Source: the human T2T-CHM13v2.0 reference genome, Homo sapiens
Length of the DNA: 64,000 bases
Direction: 5' to 3' (one strand)
Assembly (NCBI RefSeq): GCF_009914755.1
Contig: NC_060940.1
Of the stretch, positions 1-19,358 are shown piece after piece. Position numbers and translations under genes: made by a program. Position 1 is the first letter of the stretch; each line of letters begins with the position of its first letter. The notes beneath the pieces were generated by a model. That model was not told the origin of the DNA, did not search any database, and was given only the letters and a program-made list of their open reading frames with translations.

Positions 1-267
1 GAAGAGCTAACTTGGATCCCTGAGATGAGACCATGGAGAGGAAAATTCAGGCTATCTCTCTGCCTTCTGTCCAAGGCCCATGGCAGTGTGACTGTCACGG
101 GGGTAGAAATTAGCAACAAGAGGCCTTGGGTTCCTCCACTCTCCTGTTGAACATTATCAGTCCTCCAGGAAGGAGGAAAAAAAAGTGCCAACACTCCATT
201 TATGAAACGATGACCTTTGAGGTATCAGGACAGGAATCAAGGAGCCTTCCGGAATGCTCATCCCTCA

Positions 268-620
<353 letters not shown>

Positions 621-689
621 CAGTGAATGAGAAGTTAGACCAAGAGGAATTAGGACTCTTCCTAAACACAGGAAGTCAACAGGGAGATG

Positions 690-880
690 ATAAAAATGAC
701 AGCTTATTAGGAACTCGGTAGGTGCCATTTACTTCTTTGCAAGAGTCCTCTGAAAAAGGTGCCATGATTACCCCTGTTTTGCAGGTAGGGAGACTGATGC
801 TCAGGTTAGGTAGTTTGCTTCACGGTGCACAGCTCTCAGGGACTAGAACTGTGAATTAAACTCGGAGTGCCTGACCACAC
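690..880 (-). mobile_element. MIR SINE
   Basis: cccctgttttgcaggtagggagactgatgctcag...tttgcttcacggtgcacagct resembles the reverse-complement MIR core. Confidence 0.7.
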
Positions 881-989
881 CCCCTCTTAATCCACGTGCT
901 TAAAAACCCTATTGCCAGAGACTTAGGTACTGGATCTTGGCATAATAGAGGAGGGAGACCCTCCTTGACTTAAAAAAAAAAAAAAAAGC

Positions 990-1215
990 CCACAATAATC
1001 AACACTTACGATTGCATAGTTTCAGGGGGCTAGATTTGGCAGCAGCTTAGCTGGGCAGCCTGGCCAGGGATCTCTCCCGAGGCTGCATTCAGGATGTGGA
1101 CTAAGCTGTAGGGTTAGGCTCTGCTGGGGCTGGAGCAGCTGCTTCCCAAGTGGCCACTCCCAGGGATGGCAAGAGGTGGCTGGGGGTTGAAAGGCCTCAG
1201 TTCCTTCCCATACTC
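990..1215 (-). mobile_element. MLT1 (MLT1F-like) MaLR LTR fragment
   Basis: cagcttagctgggcag...ctggggctggagcagctgcttcccaag...aggcctcagttcct matches the recalled MLT1F reverse strand. Confidence 0.65.
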
Positions 1216-2649
1216 CTTGGCTTTTGAAGGAACTCGTTTCCTTTGGAAACTACAAGTGTTATTTTATAGAAACGTTTAGTACTCACCAAGGCCCTCAGTG
1301 GAACTGGCTGAAAATAGCAGCAGACTCACTCAGAAAAGAATTGGAGAGATCCATGGCAGGGAAGAGAGATTAAGGGAAGGTAGAGCGCTTAGGAGAGCTT
1401 GAAAACCCAAAGGGTAACTGGTTTCTATCTTATTATAATAGATCTTTGACTTGATCCAGAATTTTCTGCTAAGTTCTTAAAGGGTTGTATCTGTAGAGGG
1501 ATTTAGAGCAGTCTTTTTTGGGGGGGTGGGGGAAGGGGGGTTATCTCTAGAAAGTGCTGAAATTTACCTTAGTGTGCTTATGGAGACATTTATATATACT
1601 ATACCTTGTTCTAGAAGACAGGTAAGATAGCTTATAATCATGCAGTAGCAACTAAGAAATAAAACAAAGTGTTGGATTGGGTGGGGCGGGTGGGGAGGGA
1701 GGTTCAGATATGTGGTTTTGTAAGGTGTGGCGTGGACGGACCCCGTGGAAATCCTCATAAAGGCTGATTCCCTCTTGGTAATTATTAAACAGCCCTGAAC
1801 TGAAGGCCATAGCTCCTGGCTGGACTGAACTGAAGGGAACTGAAATATTCAGTGTGGACTAAACACTTAACTAGACAGAAGCTATTCAGCACAGCCAAGT
1901 TCAGTAGCAGGGTGGAGGGTGTGTATGCAGCAGTTTCTAGCCTGCCTAGGGCTTGGTGCTTCTGCCTCCAGTCAGCTTGTTCTGTTTTTCTGCTACAGTC
2001 ACCCACAGGACTGAATCTGCCTGGTATCCTTGGGGACGGGGTGCTCTGGGCCACTTCTCAATTCTCTCTCCTTAAGTCACTGATGGGGCTGATTAGCCTG
2101 TATTGAAGTTTCATTGTTTTAACTTTTTTTTCCTTATTTCAAGACAATACATTTTCAGGATTGAAAATTTTAAAAAACAACATCATGTTTTAACACAAAT
2201 AAGAAAAGAATAAGCCCCTGCAATCCCTCATCTAGATGGAGATGCCTCCTGTTGACAGTTCCTTAGGGTCTCCTCGGTTTCTATGGGCAGGGGGATATTA
2301 CTTGCAACTAATTTCTTCGTCTGTACGCCATCAATATCCCTATGCTTTTCTCACAGTCCTGCAAGTATAAACAAACTAATACATCAGTAATGTGGAAATT
2401 ATGGTGCTGACCCAGTGATATGAAATGTTTAGAAAGAGTGCAGCTTCCCCTCCAGCCTGATACAACAGTGATTTCATTAGACATATTCCTTCCCACTCTT
2501 TTTTCCATGCCACGAGGCAAAATGTGAAGATGTGGAGAAAGCATTCCCAGAGAAGCCAGCAAAGGTGAAATGAAAGCTTCTAATTTAGAGAATCTTAACT
2601 TGGGGTGCATTCTCTTTAGCCCATCCATGTTGCCTTTTGTACCCCACAG

Positions 2650-2787
2650 TGGAGAACATGCAGCTGACCCTGAACCTGCAGACGGAGAACAAAGGCAGCG
2701 TTGTCTCAGGCGGAGAGCTGACAATTTTCCTGGACGGGCCAACTGTTGATCTGGGAAATGTGCCTAATGGCAGTGCCCTGACAGATG
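2650..2787 (+). CDS. WWP2: WWP2 internal coding exon (exon 5, 138 nt, phase 1-1); C-terminal part of C2 domain, ENMQLTLNLQTENKGSVVSGGELTIFLDGPTVDLGNVPNGSALTD
   Basis: Acceptor ttttgtaccccacAG|TG, donor GATG|GTGAGT; peptide matches recalled human WWP2 residues ~114-160; joins next exon in frame (G|GA = Gly). Confidence 0.97.
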
Positions 2788-3582
2788 GTGAGTGCCGCCC
2801 TGCTCCTCAGGACTGTGCCGGGACAGGGTGGGGCTGGGCGGGGGCCAGGAGGTGCTGAGAGCTTGGTTCTTACTAGGCCATCTTGGTTTGATTCCCACTC
2901 AGCCTGGCCCATAGCTAGCCCGGACTCTTCTTAGCTCCGTGGATCAGTATCACAACATGAATTTTCAAGGGTCACAGTAAATGTCCAGTCTTTGTAAATA
3001 TGTAATTGTTTGGTTTGATAGCAGAGAAAAACATCTTTCATCCCATGTGGACTTTGGAAAATGAAATATCTTTATCAAATGTGACTTTGGCCCATTATTT
3101 TCCTTCCCAATACAGTTACACTTTTTGGGGAGGTTGAAGGTGTTTTTATGAGAGGCATTGGTTGGGAAGGGTACGCTGTGTTCTTCTAGAGATACACACT
3201 AGCAAAATACAGACAGAGCAGGGAATTTGGAGAGTGTCCCTTGCTCTGTCCCGAATGTTGGTAGTTTGTTTCTTTTGATCTAGTCTGAAATTAGTCACCT
3301 TTGGATCTAGCAGGAAATTATTTCATGAAGTCCGAGGTCTGAAATGGGTTGGGTTTCTCCATAATTTTTCTCATTAAATGTTTTGTTAGATGTGATGTAA
3401 CCATGGCACTTTCCAGACACCAAGCAGGATTTCTGTAGCTTCAAAGGGGTGCAATTTGAATTGCAATTCAAGGGCAGTTGGTTGGAATCTCAGTGGCCGG
3501 ATGGGCCTTGACTGTGGAGAAAAATCCCTTAACTGGACTGATCGGTGTTTGGGGTGCTTTGGTGCTTGGAGAAAAACATGTG

Positions 3583-4180
3583 TCATTCACTCATTCAACA
3601 CATATATATGTAATTGTATTCTGGTATGCACTAGGTCTTAGACCAGGCCCTAGCCAGATGGCAGTGGGCCAAATTCACATGGTCTCCACTGCTTCAGGTT
3701 TACAGTCTCCTTGATGAGGGCAGGGGAAGTTAGATATCAAATGAGTAAACACACAGATAATTACATAGCTGTGATTGTAACAAAAGCTATCAGTGAAAAC
3801 CACAGGGTGCTATGAGATTCCTGTACTTTGTTGGGGGAGATCTCATCTAAGTTGCGGGGTCAGGGAAGGTTTCTCTGAGGAAGCTGAGACTTGGAGGATG
3901 AGGAGTTTAGACAGGCCAAGGTGGGAGTGTGGGGTAAAGGGGTGGCTTGGCCTGTGGTGGGAACAGAGGCAGTCAGCGTGGTTGGATTATTAGGAGCAAG
4001 AAGGAGAGAGAATGGAGGAGGTGAGATCAGAGAAACAGGTCAACTCAGATCACGCAGCCTTGAAACATTTGGTAGGGATTTTGGACCTCATCTTGAGAAA
4101 CAGCTATTGAAGGGTTTCTCGCAGAAGACTATGATGATCTGATTTGGCTTTGTAAAAGCTCTCTGGGTGTATTATGGAGA
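3583..4180 (-). mobile_element. L2 LINE 3' fragment
   Basis: tcattcactcattcaaca tail (reverse strand) and gggtcagggaaggtttctctgaggaag L2 motif. Confidence 0.7.
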
Positions 4181-4547
4181 AATGCCCCCGATTTCTGGCC
4201 CCTACTTTGCATGGTTAGGGTTTTGTTCTCTATCTCACGTTTTTGAGGCTCAGATTCATTTAATGGATAAGGCAATGTGCTTGTAAGTGCCTTGGATGTT
4301 CTTCAATGTCTTGGAGAAGAGAAGCTGTTTCCAAGGTTTGAGCCCCACTGCTCCATGGCATGGATCGGATCCATATGATCGTCCCTGTTCCTCTTCTCCT
4401 GGTGGCTGCAGCTTGCCGGATGTCCATATCCCGTGGTGGTGGGCAACTCTAACACACAGACGGAGTTCTGTTCCTGGCCGTCAAATCTCAAACACGAGTT
4501 GAGCTCCTCAATGCTTCTGTCTTTTCTTGTGATTGATTCCTTTCTAG

Positions 4548-4644
4548 GATCACAGCTGCCTTCGAGAGACTCCAGTGGAACAGCAGTAGCTCCAGAGAAC
4601 CGGCACCAGCCCCCCAGCACAAACTGCTTTGGTGGAAGATCCCG
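4548..4644 (+). CDS. WWP2: WWP2 internal coding exon (exon 6, 97 nt, phase 1-2), GSQLPSRDSSGTAVAPENRHQPPSTNCFGGRSR
   Basis: Acceptor ttcctttctAG|GA, donor CCCG|GTAAGA; peptide is continuous with the flanking exons and recalled WWP2. Confidence 0.97.
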
Positions 4645-4829
4645 GTAAGACCCCCCTTGGTGAGGACAAAGAGCTAAGAAGTTGCTTAGAGCTATTGAAA
4701 ACATGTTGGGACATGGCGGGGAACATTTTATGGTAGAAACTGTTGGAGATTTCCAGAGATCTTGTAACTGACTCAGTAGTTAAGAAAGCTAATAGAGGAG
4801 TCCAGAGCTTAGGATCCTTATTTATTTTT

Positions 4830-5520
4830 TTTTTAATTGAATTTGGATTTTTAATTTTTGTTTTTATTTTAGATTCAGGGGGTACATGTACAGGTTTGTT
4901 ACATGGGTATATTGCATGATGTTGAAGTTTGGGCTTCTAATGATCCTATTGCCCAGATAGTGAACATAGTACCTGATTGGTAGTTTTTCAATTCTTGCTC
5001 CTCTCCCTCCTTGTTTTTGGAGTCCCCAGTGTTTATTATTTCTATCTTTGTGTTCATGTGTACTCAATGTTTAGCTCCCACTTATAAATGAGAACATATG
5101 GTATTTGGTTTTCTGTTTCTGCATTGATTTGCTTAGGATAATGGCCTCCACTCTCCGGCTATATTCATGTCCCTGCAAAGGACATGATTTCATTCTTTTG
5201 TTTTGTTTTTTGATATGGGGTCTTGCTTTGTTGCCTACGCTGGAGTGCTATGGCACCATCACAGCTCATAGCAGCCTTGACCTCCTGGGCTCAAGCAATC
5301 CACCCACCTCAGCATCCTGAGTAGCTGAGACAGCAGGCATGTGCCACCATGCCTGGCTAATTTTTTTATTTTTGTAGAGATAGGGTTTTACCATGTTGCC
5401 CAGGCTGGTCTCGAACTCCTGGACTCAACCGATTCTCCTGTCCTGGCCTCCCAAACTGTTGGGATTACAGCCATAAGCCACTGTATCTGACTTATTTTTT
5501 ATTCTTTTTTATGGTTGTGA
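4830..5520 (-). mobile_element. L1 3' end (old L1PA/L1PB) interrupted by a minus-strand AluJ at ~5196-5491
   Basis: gggggtacatgtacaggtttgttacatggg...ctcccacttataaatgagaacat...aaggacatgatttcattctttt; resumes as attcttttttatgg after the Alu. Confidence 0.85.
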
Positions 5521-6108
5521 AAGAATTCAGGATTCTTAGAAGGGTCAGAGGCTCCTTGATGAAGATTGGGACTGGCTAAGTAGGTTATTGGATAAAAGGA
5601 ACTGTTGAACAGGAAACTTGACTGCTTTTTTGTATGTCCGGGGCTGCAGCCACAGTTATTCTTCCAGGATACACATAGAAATGCTTAGAGCAATGGTTCT
5701 TTGTGCAATTTTCTGTCATGCATTCTGCTTTGGGGGTGGCCCATGGTTCCCTTGTAATGTTGGTTAAGACCTCCTACGCTTAGAGTCCAAATATTATACT
5801 TGTTATACGTATTACAAATGACGTAATGTTATTTACTGAAATTCCCATTTTATACCTGTGTTAGTGGTGCAAACTCATTTCCATGGCAACTGAACGTCTA
5901 GGCAGGAAAATAGTTCTAAGTATAAAGAGATGAGGGGAGAGGGTTGGCACCTTTGTTTATTGTTTATTGCAATGTGCAAAATCCCCAGATATTTAGAGGA
6001 CATTTTGAGGAAAATAATCTTAAATGTACAAACTACGAATGTAGTTTGTAAATCTTTATCACTTGCGGAAAGTAGGTGAGTAACTGGCAGTAAAATCTTC
6101 CCAAACGA

Positions 6109-6405
<297 letters not shown>

Positions 6406-6846
6406 CTTCCCAAACAGACCCTAGGGAGGGGGAATAATGCTTTGAAAAATGGAATATGATTTTAGCCAATACCCGCAGCATCTTAAAAGATCCCTCTGAG
6501 GACAGCTGTCAGCTTCTCCAGATTTGGTTGTTTTGTGGGCTTATGAGGTTGTGGTGACTGGCAAGTGGCGGGAGCAAGACAAGATGGACGTTTGGATCTT
6601 TTTTCCGTACCTTTATTAGAAGCAGAGATGCCATTTCCCCATTCTCTTTTCTCCAAGTCACTGTAAAGGCGTTGCCTCACTCCCAAAGACCAGTCATGTT
6701 TTCCGTGTCTCGGTAGGTGACTTACAATAGTTGGGTCTCACGGGGTGATGAATGACAGTGTAACTGGCAAATCTTGTGTCAACAAAGCCATGATGGGCAC
6801 CTGGAACTGGAGGAAACAATTTCTTAAGCTAGAACAGCGGTGGGCG

Positions 6847-6913
6847 AGGAATACTTGAGCATTTCACTCTTTTAGAGAGGAAGGAATACTTGAGTATTTC
6901 ACTCTTTAGAGAG
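6847..6913. repeat. ~35-bp direct tandem duplication
   Basis: aggaatacttgagcatttcactcttttagagag / aggaatacttgagtatttcactctttagagag. Confidence 0.95.
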
Positions 6914-7549
6914 TGATGCCTTCTCAGCTTTGGTGCTAGTAACTACATCTTAGTCTTTTAGCTGAGTTGGAAAGTTTGTCTCAAACACACCCATATAACT
7001 TAATTTGGGGCTCAAAGTCAGATTCAGCTATTAACAAGTTTGGATCTAAATTCTTGACCTATTTACTGGTCTCTGAATTCCTCTAGTTGATCGACCTTGA
7101 AATTCAGAGATCCTGTTAAACCTCGTTTGTTGTCATTGGTGTTGAGAATGACACCAGGTCATCGGTGTTGCAGCAGCCAGGCTGCAACAGGAAATCGGAT
7201 GCATTTTGGCCCATCACACGTGGTAGACATTCAGTGCTAGTTAGTTACTGGTGAGCAAGGTACCTTCCGATAGTGTAAGCCTTATCGGAGTCCTCTGCAG
7301 TCTGTTAGCTGCTGCAGGCTTTTACTACGTGTAGCATCTGAGTTTTCCCTGGCCTCTGCCATCTAAGTAACTATTCATTCTGCACTCACATGGAACCTGT
7401 TGCCATTCAGCAGGAAATATTTTTGCAAATATTATCCAAAGGCTGTCTCTTTGCCTCCTTAAAAGCCCCCTTTCCACTTTGCTGTTGCAGGTATGAAGGT
7501 CACTGTGCACACATGCTTATGACTGTAGGCGGTGGCCAAGGAGTCTATT

Positions 7550-7780
7550 GGATAAAGGTGTAGGGCTTTGGAATCAGGAGATGCAGATCGAATCCTGGCC
7601 TGTCATTTACTTGCTATATGATTTTGGATAAGTCACAAAACCTCTCGGATCCCCAGTTTTTTTCAGGTGTAAAGTGGGGGTATCACCTGTCTCACAGGGT
7701 TATTGTGGGAATGAACTGAGATGAGGCATGTCAGTCAGAGGGCCTTACACAACGGGAGCACTCGGTGGAAGTGGCAGTGG
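7550..7780 (+). mobile_element. MIR SINE
   Basis: gggctttggaatcagg...gaatcctggc...ttggataagtcac...ctcacagggttattgtggga. Confidence 0.8.
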
Positions 7781-8290
7781 GTTTTCTTTGTATCTGGAGA
7801 CTCGTTTGTGCATGCCTACCCCCCTTCCCTGCTAAGCCTGGGAAGTGAGGCATTACCGGTGCGTTTACATCAAGGACTGTAGTTGGGAGGTGATGAATCA
7901 GACCTTTGGGATCAAGGGCAGTCCTTTGCTGTCCTTGCTTTCTGGGGGCAGAGAGAATGATGGGCTTCTGCCTGCTGTCTCCCAGACTAAATATTTAGCT
8001 TTTGCTGTCTGAAGGGTAGGTTTTTCTTGGACTTGGGTGCTATTCACTGTGATCAAACAAAGGTGCTCTGACCTGCCCATGAAGGTGAAGACTGCGATGT
8101 CAAAGCAACCCTTTCCTCTCCTTCTTTCCTCTGCTTGGTAAAGCTGTAGAACTGGAACTGTGAAAGGGTTTTATCTGAGGGGTTCATTCGTCCAAGCTCA
8201 TCCCGCAGAGCACCACTTGCTTGCTAAGCAAGGTCTCACAGCTCCATTTCTTAGTGGGATCTTGCCTCTTCTTCAAGAATAATCAGATGA

Positions 8291-8702
<412 letters not shown>

Positions 8703-8749
8703 TTAATATGGAATCAGAGGTCTGATTATGTAAAGAAAGAGTTATATCA

Positions 8750-10249
<1,500 letters not shown>

Positions 10250-10250
<1 letters not shown>

Positions 10251-10454
10251 AGGCTCTTTTTAATAACCCATTCTTGCAGGTTCCCAACAGAGAGAACTCA
10301 CTCACCCCCATGAGAGGACATTAATTTATTCATGAGGGATCCACCCCCATGACCTAAACACCTCCCACTAGGTCTCACCTCCCAACTCTGCCACATTGGG
10401 AATCAAATTTCAACATGAATTTTGGTGGGGACAAACTGCATCCAAACCATAGCA
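10250..10454 (-). mobile_element. MST (MSTB-like) MaLR LTR, partial
   Basis: attcatgagggatccacccccatgacc...aaatttcaacatga...ccaaaccatagca (reverse complement of the TGCTATGGTTT start). Confidence 0.85.
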
Positions 10455-10701
10455 GGGAGTCAAGTTGGAATGAAGCCCACAGGACTGTCTGTGAGTGGAG
10501 CTGCTCCTCCTAGCACCTCACGACTTCCTCTGGCTTGAATAACTGGCTCCTCTGTCTAGAATCTCAGTAAAATTTCCATAGTCATACAGGGAAATGGAAC
10601 AACAACAACAAAATGAGAAGAATGCATTTAATTTGCTTTTTGATTCATAAAATTTTTCATTAATAGGGATTAACATAAGGGATCTTAGTTAAGAAGCTGT
10701 C

Positions 10702-11205
<504 letters not shown>

Positions 11206-12007
11206 AAGCTATATATAGAGCCTTCAACAATTTATTTTCCTTTCTTATGTGTATATGTATTTAAGCTATTTTGTTTAAGAATGCATGTGAACGCACATGA
11301 GAGAGTGTGTATGTGTGTGTTTGTGTGTGCATGTAGGCCTGGGGACCTTGGATTTGCCTGTGGCCCTCATCAGCTGTCAGTAGTGGCCAGTGTTGGTCAC
11401 AATCTGCATTTTAAGATGTCTTTCCCAGTGATTTTTTTACATGGAAAAGTTTCAGAGCCTCTTAGATAGTTTTCTTTCTCACTCCTTTACTCTTCTTTTT
11501 TTGTCCTGCTTTGATGAAAACATATCAGATTTATTGGCTCCCTTGCCTTGGCATTAACGGCCTCTGAAGATTTAAAAGATCTGTAATCTCGGAGACTTAT
11601 AAAGCCTAACCGTCTCCGGTGAGCTCTAAATAGATCATCAACTGTGTCTGCAGACAGCCTATCCCAGAAAGGAAAGAAAAATAAACTCAGGCGGGTGTGA
11701 GTCCACTGTGAACACTTCAGGAAGTCCTGGGAGGGCCGGGGGAGAATTGGGAAGCAGAGCTAGCAGGGAGGAGGGGTGGAGGGTGGATAGGAGCTGAGCC
11801 TTGGGCACTAGGCCATTCTCACAGTCATTGTTGGCTGGCGGTTGCCACCCCTCCTTCCACTGAGGTGACTAAAGGCTGCTTGATTGGGAACTGCAGTTAT
11901 TTAGAGATGTTGCCCTGTCAGCAGGAAAGTCCTCCCATGCAGTAGCTTATGCTTAAAATCTGGGTATTGCCTCATTTCTGTTGCTGGGGAAGACAATGGA
12001 ATAAGTG

Positions 12008-12058
12008 TTATTTATTTATTTATTTATTCATTCATTCATTCATTCATTCATTCATTCA
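12008..12058. repeat. Compound (TTTA)n(TTCA)n microsatellite, probably an L2 tail
   Basis: ttatttatttatttatttattcattcattcattc... Confidence 0.9.
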
Positions 12059-12158
12059 GTTATAATTAAGACATAGTCCCTGCTCAAAGTCCCTGCTTGT
12101 AGGCAGGGCTTTCTTCTGAGCAGTTGGTAAATATGGAATAGGATTGAGACAGTGGTCA

Positions 12159-12362
<204 letters not shown>

Positions 12363-12634
12363 TCATGGAGATTAATTACACACTCATTTATACATTGGTT
12401 TATTTTGCATCAATTAAAATGATACATGGTACCTTATTATACATTTATTTATTGCATAGATATTTATTTGGCATTTACTCTGTATGAGCCTAGAGAGATG
12501 TTTATAATGCCAGATGTGGCATGCGCCAGAAAGCTGGTTATAAACTAGGAGGAAGGAAGGCAAATCTCTGCCGTTGAAGGCAATATTCACTTGATATACA
12601 TGAATGCCAGGCTCTGAGCTGTCGTGGTGATTAA

Positions 12635-12983
<349 letters not shown>

Positions 12984-13288
12984 CTAGTAGGAGACAGATG
13001 CATGGATGAGTTAGAGTCTAGTGTGATGGATCCATGGTGATGGTATGTACACATGCAAGAGGAATGTAGTGGGACATTACCTAGATATGCCTGGGAGATT
13101 TGGGGAAGACCTCCCACATTTGAGCAGTATTTTGAAGGAGTTTGCCAGACCGACGAAGTGGGGTTCAGGGATGTCACTGCAGGCAGAGGGTACAGCATGA
13201 GTGAAGGCAAGGAGGAGTAAGAGAACTTGATGTATTTGAGGAAATAAAAGTCATTTAGAAATGTTGACATGTAAGATATTAGGGATGA

Positions 13289-15516
<2,228 letters not shown>

Positions 15517-17060
15517 GCTGTAGGAGATGGTTTGAAGGCAAGAGCAGTTCACAAAGGGTCTTTTGTGTTTTACTGAGGACTGTAGATTTTATTCTTTGGA
15601 GACAGGGAACCAGTGGATTTTGAGCAAGGCAATGGTAAGGCTATTTCTGCGGTAAATTATTCAGGAAAGTAGTCTAATGGATGAATTCGGAGCTATATCA
15701 GTTGGGGTTCATTGCAGGAAACAGAAAACACTCTAGGTATTTTGAGCAGAAAAGGATTTAATATGGGGAATTAGATGCTTATAAAAGTCACTGGATGGGC
15801 TGATGCAATAGGAGTGAGGGGTCTCCCTGAGGTCTTTGGTTACAGGCTCACAGGCTTGCAGCTCCAGTTCACATGCCAAGAAACTACTGTGCCCTTGCAA
15901 CCGCTTTATGTATTTGAAGTGGGTGTGCAGGCGATGAGGCATGGTGTCTGCTGGAGCCCCTGCCAGTCACCACCACCACAGGACAAATGGCTTCTGCCTT
16001 CCTTCTGCTTTCCAACCTTTCTGCAAGAACTTCTCATTGGTGCAACCTAAATCACACCCAGAGCCTATCTGCAGGAGGGTCTGGAAGTCTTCTAGGCCCT
16101 GCAGTGCGTCAGGGCGGGCATATGGGATAGAAGAGGGTGGGAATGTCTGATACAGTGGGGCTGAGACCAGACTCAGGGACTGACGAAGAGGACTGTTGCA
16201 GGAACTGGTGAGGTTACAATTGATGACTAGCCTTGGGCAGTAGCGAATAGAGAGGAGACAAGAGAAATACCTAGGAGGTGTAATTAAGCAGGACTGCATG
16301 GCTGGCTAATGAGACAAGGTGAAGGGTAAGGAGGGAGGGGGGTACTCCCAGATTCCTCTACTGTGCTGTCATTCATGGAGACAAGAGACGCAAGAGGCGG
16401 GGAGCTAATGAAGATGTCACTTTAAAACCACATCTCCCATGGTGGTCGGCTTTGGTGTTCAGCAGGGTTTATGGAACATTGGTACTGCCTGGCTCTGGGG
16501 CAGAGTCATTTCTCTGAAAGTGCACCCATAGGAGGAGGAATGAGAACCTAACTGAAGAGACACAGAGAGAAACATCGTATTCCTGACAGTGAACCACAGG
16601 GCCACAATAAGGGCACAATTCAGGGCACGTGAGTGCTAGTTCTACTTGAACCAGATCTGTATCTGGATTCTACTACTTCTTGGTCCTAGAAAATTGTGAT
16701 CGAAAGGGGACAAGTTTAGAGAGAAGCCAATAAAAAGAGTATGGGTGTTGGAGAAATGACTTTCTAGTCTTGAGAGCTTGGTAGCTTGACCATGTGCTGA
16801 TGGAAGACCAGAACAGAACTGGCTGCAAATGCTTTAGACAGATGTGGATGGCGAGGAAAGAGGGGTGCTTCAGCCATGGTGTTTGTGGCTGTGGTTTGGT
16901 GAGATGAGGTTCGACTTTTCCTTTCGGATTCTGTTGGAACTGGATGGCTCCTTTTAAAGTGCCAAGGTCTGTGGAGGTGGTGATTTGGGGTTTGGTTTAG
17001 TGACTGCCTTTCTGGTGGCATTTAAATAGCCTAAATAGAATGACTCCTTTCAAACGTTGA

Positions 17061-17692
<632 letters not shown>

Positions 17693-18119
17693 CTTTTCAT
17701 TTTGTTTTAGATAAAAATAGTAACAGAACTAAAATCTAGAATTTATATTCTGCTTCACATGTACTGGGTTTCATGAAGTTTTTCTTCACCCTTAACTTAT
17801 TGAAAATATAGTGGAGGTATTTGTCTCAATATTCTTGGGGTCTGCCATCCTTATTTCTTAAGTATTTTTTAGTTCACTTCAGTCTGCCCTCTGCCTCTAT
17901 CATTCTGCTGCAATGACAGTCACCAAAGCCCCCCTGACCTGTCTGCCAGTTTAACATCATGGACTAGTCCTCTCTAGAAACATTTTGTGCCTTGGTTTCT
18001 ATAATAATGCAGAATCCCAGAGTGTTCCTTTTTTCCCTTGGTTTTATTGATTTTTATTACTTAAAAAATGAGTTTGATTCATGCGAAAAATATGTATAAA
18101 TGTATCATATAAGAGCCGG

Positions 18120-18385
18120 TTGCAGTATTAAATAGGGCAGTCAAGAGAGGTGTTGTTGAGAAGGTGACTTTTAAGCAAAGATTTGAAGGAGGCAAGGAAT
18201 GTAACCATGAGGATATCTGGGGAAAGAGAGTTTGGGCAGAAGAATGGCTGTTGGAAAGGCCTTAAGTTAGGAATGTGCCTTTGGAGTTGAAGGAACAGTG
18301 GAGAGGCCAGTCCCACTGGAGAGGAAGGGGAAGTGGAGTCATAGGAAGAGATGACACTGGTAAAGGGTGGTGCCAGATCATTCTG
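18120..18385 (-). mobile_element. L2 fragment
   Basis: gagaaggtgacttttaagcaaagatttgaaggagg...atatctggggaaagag. Confidence 0.75.
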
Positions 18386-18532
18386 ATGAATTTCTGCTTT
18401 ATGTATTTCGAGGTTATTTCATTGGATCTAGAGTACAATTTGACATATGTCTTATGGATGAATAGAACGTTTTGGCCTTATCTTGTTATTCTTGTTTTTA
18501 GTGCTTTTTCTCTTAAAATTTATTTGGTCTGA

Positions 18533-18656
18533 AGCCAGGCACAGTGGTATGTGCCTATAGTCCCAGCCACTGGGGAGGCTGAGCTGGGAGGATTGCTTGA
18601 GTCCAGGAGTTCGAGTCTAGCCTGGGCAGCATAACAAGACTCCCATCTCTAAAAAA
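18533..18656 (+). mobile_element. FLAM_A-like Alu monomer
   Basis: 15-bp TSD atttatttggtctga. Confidence 0.85.
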
Positions 18657-18689
18657 GATGTATATTTATTTGGTCTGACAAATAAAAAG

Positions 18690-19358
<669 letters not shown>

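Noticed and set aside
770-790. tgttttgCAG|GTAGGG recursive-splice-like motif
   Set aside because: Lies in a MIR core where similar sequence is consensus-derived; short pyrimidine tract.
11645-11656. Palindrome TGTCTGCAGACA resembling paired SMAD elements
   Set aside because: 12-bp palindromes are expected many times by chance in 64 kb, and the spacing differs from GTCTAGAC.
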